Source: Laetmonice hystrix (lineage: Eukaryota). From it: a stretch of 64,000 bases of DNA. Each line of letters opens with the position of its first letter. Positions within the stretch are counted from its first letter, which is position 1. Below are positions 37,186 to 49,600 of the stretch, piece by piece. The stretch lies in contig OZ249436.1 of assembly GCA_965235115.1 (NCBI GenBank), forward strand, positions 53,136,001-53,200,000, given 5' to 3'. The notes under the pieces were generated by a model. It was not told the origin of the DNA, made no database searches, and saw only the letters and a list, made by a program, of their open reading frames with translations. Made by a program: the position numbers and the translations under genes.

Positions 37186-40100
37186 CGCAAACTGTAGCTG
37201 CGAGTCAATTTGACAGAAAGCAAACAAAAGGTGCAGACGTTGATTTGATTCAACTGTTGCTTGATTGACATGGTTCCAGTTAGCCCTACTTATATTCACC
37301 CATGGTTCACATTCTTTGCTAAGCATCACAGTTTTGGTTACTGCTGCAGGTACTCGAGCAACCCCCTTCTCCCTCTAACCCCTCCCCCGTTCTTGTTGAA
37401 ACCTCGACCCCCTCGCATGCCTTAACCCGGTATTCTGGTGGAGAGGATACATCTACCCATGGCCATGGACGCTCGTCCACAAACAACTCTTAGTCTAGGC
37501 TTCGTAACATCAACTTGATAAAGACACTACTCGCTATGAAAACAAAGTACAGGTAACCTTGGATGTAGAGAATCAGTTCCGACGGCTCTGTTACAGAGAT
37601 CAACCAATGTACATTGGAAAGTATTAATATTTGGGGTGAGAAATGTGATTGGAGGTGGGGAGAGAGAGAATCAGCTGCCCCTCCCAACACATTCATATAT
37701 ATTCTGTGCTCGTGGGCATTTAAAGTATTTAAGATTCAAGATGCGAGCAGTCGGAATGATGCAAGGTTGCCTGTATGTATTAGTGACAAAACCGGAATAT
37801 TGTATAACTAATAGGGAAGTTGATAGGACTGGATTTTAGTTGTAAGTAATAATTTAGCAAACATTAACACTTACTGCATTAATTAATCTAAATAAATCTT
37901 AATTCCCGGCATTCGGGATTTTATAATCGTTGGATTTTTTAATACTGTTCTATTTAACAACTACAGATGACTTTTTACTAAACATCTGACTATAGAAACT
38001 GTAACAAAGCTGTGAAAGGTTCGCCTAATAACACTAGTGGTTATCAACCAGCATCGCGGAACTAAGGAAAGTAACTAACTGCTTTCCTAGACAGAATATA
38101 ACAAACAGGTTCGAGGAGGAGCGGTAAGTAAAGGATTGAACCAAAATTTAAAGTTACCTTATACAAACCCAAGAGTGGTGGCTGTCCTAGACGGGGCATT
38201 GCCATCTTCACGCCACAGCCTGCATTCTCATGCCTGATCTGACACTAACGTAAGACGGTCATAATGTGTTTTCTCTTCACGTACCGGACTTGAGTTCTCA
38301 CACCTCAGCTCTACGTGCACATTAGTTGCTGCCTCCACATTTCGTGTGCCTACGTTTTCACTGTTATTTTATGCATTTCTTTTGTTACGGCTTTTGGGTT
38401 TATGCACACAACTAATAATATGTTGTATATAATGCTATCTTGTGTCTTTATAAAGCCTACATTGGAGTGATTGGCCTTTTGTATATATCGTTTCAATATA
38501 TAGGACATGCTCGTTAAGATAACAAAATTAGAGTATATCAGAAGTGCCATATTGTAAGTACTTGACAAAAGTAGCGTGCAGAATCCAATTGCCAGCGATT
38601 CATGTGTGACATGTGGTTTTAATTGAATTTCTTTTTTTATGATGGAGATGCCCTTTGTAATGTGATGCTTTCAAAGAAACATCAACTATCAATATAAAAT
38701 ATTGTATGGACTAATCTCAACATTTTCAGATGTGATATCCTCCACTATTTCCATCAGTTCCATCACTAAGAATTCTAAATTACCGATAATTTGCAACAAC
38801 AACAAAAAAACAATAATAAAAATATTAATTTTTGAAAAAGTAAAATTAAAAAGCAAAGGGGCCATTGTGTAAAAAATTCTGTCCTCAGTATCGGTAGAGA
38901 CGAAAAAAATGGGAAGGGTTCGAACCTTCGGAGGGCGGATCCACAGAGTAGGGTGTGTAAGCATGAGTAGTTTGTGTGTTTTTGTTCGTAGGACCATTAT
39001 GTTGATAGTACATGTTGTGTCGCCTTTCTTCTACTGCAGATTCTCGGCATTTGCTTTGCTCAGAACCTGAGGGGGGACATCTTTGCCCAGATGTCCAAGT
39101 GGTCGTAGGGTGTTGAATGACGGCCCCACTTCCCGTACCTGGTCCCACCTGCCGGTGCCAGCCGTCCGTCACTCGTCATGGTCGAGTGACATGCACCACG
39201 CAGCAAGCACATTAAGCACATGAATTGACAACTAAGCAATTAAAACATACTTCTGTCAGACAGCTGCAAGGCTCCCTCCACTCGTGGTGGGCTAAGATTG
39301 GAACAGCTGAGATGGAACTACTACACAGAGCTAAGATTATACAGAGAACTATACGCAAGCAGTGCTTTCACAGTAAACCAGCGTCCTGCCCTGATCGAAT
39401 GTGATATTGTAATTAGGTGGCGATAGCGTGCGACATTCGGCCAACGTGATTTTGCTGTAAAGAATCAAGGCTAGGCACTTGCATAATCAAAATTGATCAG
39501 CACGCTATGATATCATATATACTTCTATATGCTACTGAGCTCAAAAAGTGATTTCCAGAGATTTTTTCTTTCTTTTCTTCTTCGTCCAACATTACTATTA
39601 TATCTGTAAGGTTTTCGACGTAGCTGACAGTGAAGAATCACCAAATGACCGAACTAAATAGTTAGTTGTCGGAATTAGCATTGAGATAACAGGAAATGCT
39701 GGCATTGCCGTCTCCGTTCGGGTCAGCTGTGGTACAGGAAACCAGTAAACTTGGAGAATATCAGGGGAAAATAATGTTTTTTGTCTTCACGGATTCCGTT
39801 ACTTACATACACGTACAAATTCAGGGAGTTTGACAGGTGTTAATGTGTGACATTAAGACTACAACCCTCCTCCTCCCCAGTCATCTGGTTACAAGCTTCC
39901 TTCTTTTCTCTTGCTATTATCTATAGACTGGTGTTAGCATGTTTTATGTTGAATAATTTTTTTCTGGACCCAAGTGTAGTTTTAAATAGATTAAGTTGGT
40001 ATTCCTATTTTTTTACGTTATCTTACTTTGATCCGTTTATGTCTCTAACCTTAAAAGGTCATAGGGATTAAAACATCCCATTGAAAAAAATATAAGTTTA

Positions 40101-43100
40101 TGGGACAAGTAGGAGTCTGTCGATCTCATTGTCACTTCAGAAACTCTAGCCGTCTACAGTGAACGATTTGATTTATACCTGTAATATTCAAGAGTACACA
40201 TATACAAGAGTAGGTAATGTTATGCAGTCAGAATGTATGAAATAAACTCTGCAGCACCAGGAACCGACATGGTTTATACTGAGAGACTGGCACAGGGAAT
40301 GGTCGTCGGCAGTTTCAGGGCTGGCTCTGTCACAGGCGGATTATTAACGTGAAAACTAATTCAGGTCTAGAGGTTTCACTATGGGCCAAAATTTATTATG
40401 TACATGTATGCTTATTATGTCGGAGTCATTCTCTACTTCAGTGTCCGGTTTTTCAAAATCTAACTTCAAGCTTTTGATTGGCCAGTCTAAGCAGTCCATC
40501 CAAACAGAATGATTAAGAACCTCAGGTTTGAAGAACCGAGCCTTAACGTTTACTACTCGGTGTGGCTTCGTTTTCAGGTAGACCGGGCAACAGGAGGTGG
40601 GCCATTCTATAAATCACTGCCATTTTCTATACGCGTGACAATCTAAATATGACGTGGCGCTCTGAAATTGTTGTTTAGACTGACGACTGCGAAATGAACC
40701 CAAAGCTTTATACAGTCATCACTTGGCACACGTATCTCGTATCTCTTCTTCCCAATGCACGATTTGATAGAGTCCTAGTTGGTCAGCTCCATTTCAAGTT
40801 TTGACATTGGTACATTAGAGGACTGAATCTGAAAACGGGCACCTGTATAGTTGACACAGATATTATTTAATAGGTCTGACGTGCTGAAATGGAAATGAGG
40901 AACTGGTCCCTTTGATTGCACACAGAAAGTTTGATGCTGCAGAAAAAAATGCTGTACCCTATACCAAGACTCATGATCTTTGTTTCCGTAGACATTCGTG
41001 CAGATTTTGGTTTCACAGTCGGTTTTTAAAGTGATGAACTGGCGACAATTTTGATTTTCAGGTCTAGCTGTATCTAGCTGTAATCAAGTTAGATCTCCAA
41101 AATGGGTGAACAAATAAACCGGGCATGAAATGGTGATGTTAAAGAGAGCGAGCTTAAACTATTGGTGACTTTATGACACGAGTCAATGACGTGTACCTCC
41201 GTGATTAACGCATTGGATCTGCTTTGGTCTATGAGAACAAAATTGACATATATGCACGCCCACTACCCCTTCCCCCCGCCAAATAAAAAGAACATTATAA
41301 AGAGGGGAAACCCCCACAGAAAGTTATCGTATTTTGCAGTGTAGCTTTTGTAAAGATACTCTACTTCAGAAAACTTGTAAGTGTCAGTAAGTGAAGCTGA
41401 CGGCCTGGTTCCAGTTGCCACTTTGGCTAACCAGATCTGCGATGAAATGCATTCTCATGTTTTGAAATCTAGACATTTGTTTATGGTACTGACCAGAACT
41501 GTGCACATACTTTGTATATGTCTTTCTTAGCCGAATTCCTAGCCATTGTATGCAGTTTACACAGAATGCTTACCCATCTGTTGACTAGATAAACATGTCT
41601 GAAAGAAATGGGTTTTGAAATACTCAGAGCTTTGAAGAACATGTGTAACAGAAGGCTACTGTATTTTGTGGTTATATTAGCACAGTTCTTCTAAGTGCTA
41701 CAGAAAGACTTAGTTTTGTTATGCACCTGTACTTGTAGTTGACATTGGATAAAAAGTTGCATTCTTTTCCGCCGTACTTATACCTGTATGCCTTTCAAAA
41801 GTTCAACCCAAAGTTGGCTAAACATCTTAGGTAGTGACTTGGTGGTATGAACGTAAATGTATATTTTTCACTAACAAATACGAAGAGAGAAAATGGTTAT
41901 TTGGTGATGTATCTATGGGGCATACTCATACTGTCCGTATGGCCCTTTCTATTGACGAAGTTGTACTCCATGTAGAAGCAGAGAGTAGCAATCACCCAGT
42001 ATCTGGAATCAAGCGTTGATGAAGAACCAGCGGTAAAAGATAGGAGGTCAATGTTCCCGTAACAATCTCAAGCTATCGGATGCGATATTGGTTTGTTTCA
42101 AACTTTAGAGAGAATAGATGGCGTCTTTAAGACTGTGAATTGCGCAGTTAAATACCGCCAAATTCCAGAGACCGTGAACATGCGGTTCCTTGTAATATGG
42201 ACATCGTCAATCAGATCGGGTTAATTTTTGTTTGTTTTGTTTTTAACTTCAACTTTTTTTTAATTGGAAGTTTGTATGTAGGAAAACTGTGCCGACGTGA
42301 AATACAGACGGTATTAAGTATGTACTCCAATTACTGTTTTACACACGGGAACATGTGTTCTTTGTAAGGTCATGAATTGAACCATCTCATTGAAATGTAG
42401 AACACAGATTGAGTTGGTAAGGGCTAGAAGAAATTCAATTACCAGTTTATAACGCATAAAACCGTCTAAAATCAGCATGCCCAACCAAGTGACATGTAAG
42501 GAAGATTTATGTTCTGGACGAGTGACTGATCTTTTGCTAATGTTCTAAAGTTAAGTGATCAAGACATATTTTTAGACTAGTGTGACTTAGGTTTGTATCA
42601 GCGTTACATGATGGACAGTGAACAGTTTTGTACCTTGTGGAAGATAGCGTGCCCATATCTGTATATATTGACTTACAGTAGACAGCGTGGTAGACAGACT
42701 TTTATGTGTAAGAGTGAGGCAAAGGTGGGCGTGTTTTCAATCATATATAATATAAATAAATGTAATTTGATAATGTTCAGTTTTAATGATACGGTAAGCC
42801 AGCACCTTTAATCTGCCCTGCAGAGGCGAGTGCTACAATCCTAATGTAGATCTATGTAAAGTGCACGAAACAATATCTACACGCCAGCTTAGGCCGCAGG
42901 CAAAATCTCCACTGAAAGGGGCCCTGAGAGGGGCCCTCGTGTAACGTGAACGCTGCATGCTGTAAGAACGTACGACCAACAGAAACTTCAGTGAATGTGA
43001 GTAACACAGATTGTGATAACTGTCACAATGTACTAACCGAACATTATGATGCTGGCATTGTGGTATGTGTGGCCATTCATTGGTAGACGAAATGCAGAGC

Positions 43101-45062
43101 CCGAAAACCCCGTCTAGTTTCTTGTGCTTTTCATGAGCAGCGGCGCCCTTCAGCTAGTGCTGTTGGTAAATGGTAGCCGGGCAACCCCTAAACGGAACGA
43201 AAAATGCCGCTGCTCACCTTGAGGTACAGGCTGATCTCTTAATGACGTGGAGTCCACGTGGGGGGTCGGTGGTACTGGTAAATATGATGGTTAAGTACGA
43301 CAGTTGTCGGGAGGTGGCGCCAGTGAGGGGCAGGCAGTCAACAGCTCAGGTATTCTCATTGATGAACATATAAGTATAAGGTCCACTATACCAGCGGCTT
43401 CGCAGGCGATGACTTCTACTTTACACTACGGGTATTAGCTCACCGTTTTCTTAGATTTGTGTATTCAGCTATTTGAGCTCGCTTTACATGTGTCTACACA
43501 TTCGATTCACAAGTTTTTCTCCTTTTTCGGGGAGGGGTGGGGCGAAGATTTGATTGATTTTGGTACCATTTTACTTAAATCCAGATTTGTAAGGTAAGAT
43601 TTCAAGTACACGTATATAAAATTATCAACGAATGAGAAATTGAAAGCGATGTGTGTTTCCTGTTTTTAACTTCGTCTGGGGTGCGTTGCCGTTATTTTTG
43701 ACTGTTGAAATTCGTTAACCTGTCTTGTCTTGTGTGTGCTGGTATTTGTGAACGGAGAAATGTTCTACACAGGAGAATGGGAGGTGAGATGTTTTAGTGT
43801 TTGGGTCTTCTTTCTGCCTGTCATCGTCAGCGAGGTAGCTGGATCAAAATGGAGACGAAAGTACGTTTAACAAGCTCATACACAGGGTAAAGTGTATCTG
43901 TAAATAGGCTACTGCTTCATATGTGCATAAACGATACAGCTTGCTTTGGTCATGAACATTTTTGTCTAAGGTCATAATTATAGTGACGATGCCTTAGCCG
44001 TGTTCGCCTTGTACCTTTTGATATCCAAACCTTGCCATAGCACATTAGCTGCCTTCCCTCCAGCAGTGACTTGTCACATGTCGCGAAGGCGTTTTCTCTT
44101 GGGCGTTATCATTGTAACCCTGTCCTCCCTGTTAGAATTCCGTAATGTTACCCCTCCTCCCGGCTTCAAAGGAAAGAAAACAGATTAATACCGCTTTGAG
44201 GAGTAGTTGATGTTCATGCTCGTCAGCTACTGTTTATGTTTACAATAGAGGGAAGAAGGGCATGTTGCTTTTTGGCACTTTTGATTATTGTAGCTTTGCT
44301 ATCTATGTAGGTGTTATTATATAACGTATGGGGTGGTCATATATTGATCCCTTTCTTCATGAAGCCTGCCTTTCGTTGGAGCCTCACATGACAACTGTTG
44401 CGAGTATCTTACCTACTCTTGTTTTGGCCAATGATTTTTCACTGCTTGTAAAAGCTTTTTCGGTTCGAATCTGAACCGAGGGGGTTGACAGTTTATGTGA
44501 AATTATGTATATCTTCAGCTGCTAAGCAAAGCACCGGTCGCTGCATCAAGTCGAAATTATCTTTTCCATCCTGCCTGTTCACTCGATCAAGTTCCAAGGT
44601 TTTGAAATGGCCAATTTCGTCCAAATCTTGTTCTAATGGTAGTAATAATGAGATACGTGCGGCCTTGTACAATGGTACACCAAGCTCTGAAAATTTACAG
44701 TGACAATGGTTTTCTTAAATGTTCCAGGGCATTTAAGAGCTTGAATTTTTCTTTTCAAAATTCAAGGACATTCAAGGATTTCAGAGAGCGTGTGAACTCT
44801 GCCATACTAATTGTAGTATATTTACATACATGATCTGTGCTAAGTCTATGCCTGCCTCATATAACGTCTGCCTGATCGGTGAAACGGGCTGGATATGGTG
44901 AATGAAAGTGAAGTTATTCACATGACGTAGACTATGACGTTATAATACGTCATCTGGACAGCCGAGGTATGCCCCCCAACACCAAGCTGCAACCTTGACC
45001 GACCGGCCACCTTTGCCTCACTAAGTCATCACGTTATCTGCCATGCCTGTCAGTTTATACCT

Positions 45063-45068
45063 AATAAA
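45063..45068 (+). terminator. Candidate distal poly(A) signal of the tetraspanin
   Basis: AATAAA followed ~25 nt later by GT-rich GTGTGTTATTTGTT. Several more proximal AATAAA hexamers also exist. Confidence 0.3.
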
Positions 45069-45229
45069 TCTAAACATCACTCTTGTAACGGAAGTGTGTT
45101 ATTTGTTCACGTTGACAGCATCCATCATCCAATTTAAAAAATATATACATTGTATTAGTCCTTAATACGGGGATTCCGCTTCACTCATGGGCGATTTATA
45201 TTACCATAGGCGGATCGGGGGGGGGGGGG

Positions 45230-45701
45230 TTGCAGATAAACAGAGTATGTTGTCCTCTTTCAAAATTCAGCAAAACAATGATACCTCACCGGGTTAGTTT
45301 TTTTTGTTAAGAGCGTTTGAAATTGATATGTTCGTCATGTTAATTAATAATTACTGTTTAGAATTTTTTTTTTCACCATTTCTATTTGTCAAGTCTTTAA
45401 GTTATAGAAGTGGTTAAAAAAATGTTTGATTTTTAAACATTTTCACTTTTGCTCATTTACACCAGTGAAAATGTTCAGTCACAAATTTTTTTTCTCTTTT
45501 TCTTTTTTTTTTACCAATTCTATTTGTCATAACACCATTCTGACATAAAGAAGTGGTAAAAAAGAAAAAAAAAGGCAAACTGTATTCATTAACATGAAGA
45601 AAGTACCAACTTCAAACGCTCTTAACAAAAAAAATAAGCTGGTGAGGTATCATTTTTTTTGCTGAATTTTGACAACATACATGTACTCTGTTTATCTGCA
45701 A
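45230..45701. mobile_element. MITE-like element with ~120-bp imperfect inverted arms
   Basis: TTGCAGATAAACAGAGTA...AAAATTCAGCAAAA...ATGATACCTCACC...TGTTAAGAGCGTTTGAA is mirrored in reverse complement at ~45590-45701. True outer ends and TSD not identified. Confidence 0.7.
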
Positions 45702-46420
45702 AATTTAAAAATCTGTCTCAAAAAATTTTTTTGCCTCACACGTCTAGCACTTGTCATAAGTCCTCTCATAAGATCCGGCAGCGAGTACGTATATCCCAAG
45801 GAGCCTTCAAATCAGGTATCCCATTTTGGGGTTAGGATAAAGTCATTGAAATCCTGTCCATGTATCCCTACTGCCTTAATAACATAAAGAACAAAATTAC
45901 CGGAACGTCTGCTAAACGAGACGGACCCTTCACTGCAACATTGCTGTTCGTAAGAGTAGAATCTGTACTCGGTATTACTGGCAACATCCACACTATATAT
46001 GATCTTTAATAGTCTATTGCATTCTATTTTTACCTTTAGAGAGCAGCTTAATAAGGGGGGAGCCGAATTTAACACGAATACTCCACAGAAATAACGTTTG
46101 TAAGGCTGAAGGACAGACGTCTGTACATATTATCTCGTAATCAATCTGAAAATTCACTACACCCAAGTCTTTTGAAAAGAATTCAAAATGATTAAAATCT
46201 AACGTGAACAAAACCGTCTGGACACGGCTATAAAGCAGACAAACATATGGTGTTTTTTTTATTTTCAACATTTATGTACAATAACAGTCATTTTTCCTGG
46301 TTATCATAACTGCTGGACGACTGTCCCAGATTGGTTGGTCCCCCCCCCCTTCCCTGGCGTAGTTCAGTTCGCCTAGTTCACGTTAACTTTGGTACTGGGA
46401 GCACGTTGCCCCGCGTCCTG

Positions 46421-46611
46421 TCACTGCCTCTTGGCGTCAGCAGTCTGCTCATCGTCTGAGTCGTCGGGCGCTGCCTCAGGTTCGTCAACCTCTTGCTCCA
46501 GCTCAGCCTGCACGGCTGACCTTTGATCGACAGGACGCAGGAACTTCGGACTGAGCGGGTACTGCTCCGGAGACGGTGGACACGACAGGTGACCGCTGGT
46601 TATGAACGGCC
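46421..46611 (-). CDS. MRPL1: MRPL1 exon 9 (terminal)
   Basis: 191 nt, GPFITSGHLSCPPSPEQY...acidic tail...KRQ then TGA. Confidence 0.9.
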
Positions 46612-49600
46612 CTGGCAACGAACATTTTTTTGACGTTATCAGTATGCTTCTAATTACTGGCCTTTCACCAAGTACCAAGTAACTCAGCTTTGGAGACTCA
46701 TATAATAATACAGTCAAACAAAAGGTGAAAATTAATCAGGAAAGGTACACTTATGAGACCACTGCCCTATTGACAAACTGACCGAACTACTGTGTACCGT
46801 ATAAGTATTACATGTACATGTATAATGTTTTACAGTACCAGCTAATTGTTTTGCCCTTACCTAGACTTGGAGACCTGTGAGAACATATAGATTCCATGTA
46901 CGTATCAAAGTTCTCTGATAACTCTGTATCTGTCATGTTCAACTGAAAGCATGAAAAAAAGCCTAAATAAATATCACATGTACCGCGGGTAAGTAATGTA
47001 AGAGAGTTTTAAAGCCGCAATCTATCTCATATAATGATAATTAAATTGTACTTTATATACTTAATTTTTCTAACATGGGGTTTATGTTAAACAGTTTTTG
47101 TACTCAACATTTAATTTATTTTGATAACTCACTTACCCGACCAAGATTTATTTTCAGAGTGCCCACAGCTTCTTCCTTCTTTTCAGATTCATATGTCTTG
47201 CCAAAAAGAAAATGTTCGACCATACCCTTTAGGTTGGTTCCAAGGTTCCCTGCATCATAAAAAAAAGTTTCACAGTTACCAGGGTATACCTAACATTGTT
47301 CTGCATTTAAATGGTAAAAAAGGATCCTGGGCAATTAAACATAAACATGGTGTCAGACTGTCGGTTATCTTATGAACTCCTAGATTTCAATAGCTCTGTC
47401 TCATAAATAAAATACATTAATTCCAGCCACAATGGCCTTTGGGTTTACTCTTTAGTGGTATTCTGCCAGCTGCAGTCCTATACTGACACCCACTGATTTT
47501 TTAATTTTATATATTAACACATTTAGGACAAACCTTTGTTCTTGTGAGGGAAGTTATCTCTAAGAAATTTGCGTATCGAGCCGAGATCGCTCAACATATC
47601 AAGGTGAACAACAACTTGATTGAAGTCGTCATACCTTATCTCCCCTTTTTCAATCTAGTTAAAGACAAAACACAAAACAAGATTAGTTTAAAGTTTACAC
47701 AAAATGATCTGGACACCTGAACCTGCTGATCATCTCAGCACTGTTTACAGATTAATAATAAATAATACAAGGTACATGTTGCATACACTGATGCCACAAA
47801 TAGAACTAGCTGAAGCCCCACTACATACCGTTTTGACCAGGTCAATGCCTCCCACAAAAACGGCACCAAGGTCTTCAGCAACTTTTCTCAGCTCGTTGTC
47901 CTGTAACAGACATACTGCTGGTCATCAATAAACTGTACAGTTATTAGTGAACCTTGATAAGTAAACGAAGATTTGCATTTTTTAAAGACATTACTTCTTT
48001 ATGACATGTAATCCTTATCCCTATTATCAAGCTGCTACACTTAACAGATCACATTCTATTAGATTAGGGCAGGTTCTGTCCTCGGAAACCATGAAAAATT
48101 GAGAAGACCTCTTCAATTTACTAAGGATTTCATGACATGCTACCTGGGGACAAGGCTAGGGTTTCAGATCGACTTGAATCAAACAGTTGGAGTAAAGGTC
48201 AATCTAACTTTTACCTGCACATGTTCCCTCAGACACAGGAGAAATATTGCCACAGGATCACTTCAAAGATGGAATATTCGGTGAGAGAAATAAAAACGTT
48301 TAACCCAGCAACCAGCTACATGTGCCAGGGAGTGACAATCAAAACTACCATCAATCCTCTTACCTTGACAAATACCATCACTTTATTTTCGGTGCCATCC
48401 TCAAACTCATGTGGGAGCCTAACAGTCTCCCTAATGATGTTCATGAATTTGGTCTGGAAAGACAAAATATTTGCAAACAGTGTGATCTTTTATTTCAAAT
48501 ACCATCGCTTAACTTCTGCTGAGGCTATTATGACCACAATGATGAGAGCATCCTTCGTCAAGGCCATGGGTGAGGTACACACACTTGGTACTTAGTCCAG
48601 AAGGGGAACTTCTGCACAGATGCAAGAGTGAGTTTGAGAACTATAAATAGTAAAACCAAATTATGTTGTCTTCAGATATGAAGAATTGCAGATTTGCATA
48701 AATTATATAAAATAGTTTCATTCATACCTTTTTCTTTGTCCTTAGATCAAGTTGCATGTCAAGCTGAAGAAGGCCTTTAGTATTGTTTAACATGGCTGGC
48801 TGTGCAAATTCTCTGTGCATCTGGATGGCTGTGAGTAGATCAAAGGTCTGGGGTTCATAGTAGCGCTCCATCCAGACATCATCTTCAGGCTTGCTCATCA
48901 ACACCCGCTTCATCTTTACAGTCTCTATCATCCTTGTTTTTCTAAGAGAAATAATAACAACCACCTTTTTTTATCAGCCCAGCACGGTTTCTCTATCTAA
49001 TTTGTCATACAAACACGTAACGGGATGAGGGTCATTCACTGCAGGAAAGTATGGAATTTTATGCCATATTCATGTGCCAGGCATCAAGTTTTCTATTTTC
49101 CTGTGGTAAAGGAGCCGGATCCTGTTACGTGTTTATTATATATCTGCTTGGATGATTTCTAATTTTAAGAAAAAAAACAACAGTAAACAAGAATTAACAA
49201 CAAATAAGCATTTATTTATGTTTACCTAGGCTATATTCTATCCATGGAGCCACGGGATGGGGCAGTTTGTTAACTGTACACCCTTCCCCCGTTTTTTCTA
49301 TAACGGTGCTCACAAAGTGGTAGCAAACTGAGGGGATGGGCCCTGCTGTCCTGCATTGGAACTCCACTTGAACTGGAACTAGGAACAGATGGGGAAATTC
49401 CCTGGTGTCACAGTTTGCTCCCATCAATGTGTCCAGTGCTCAAATGTGTGGCTCATAAAAGTACATACCTTCCTTGGTACACCCATTTCTCCTTGGTCTT
49501 GTGTGTCGGGGGTGCCCGATAGCGCCCTGCCCCTTTTTTGTGTCGAACCTGCAGGACTTGACATCCCACGACAGCTCCACGAGGCCCCAAATCCAGGCGG

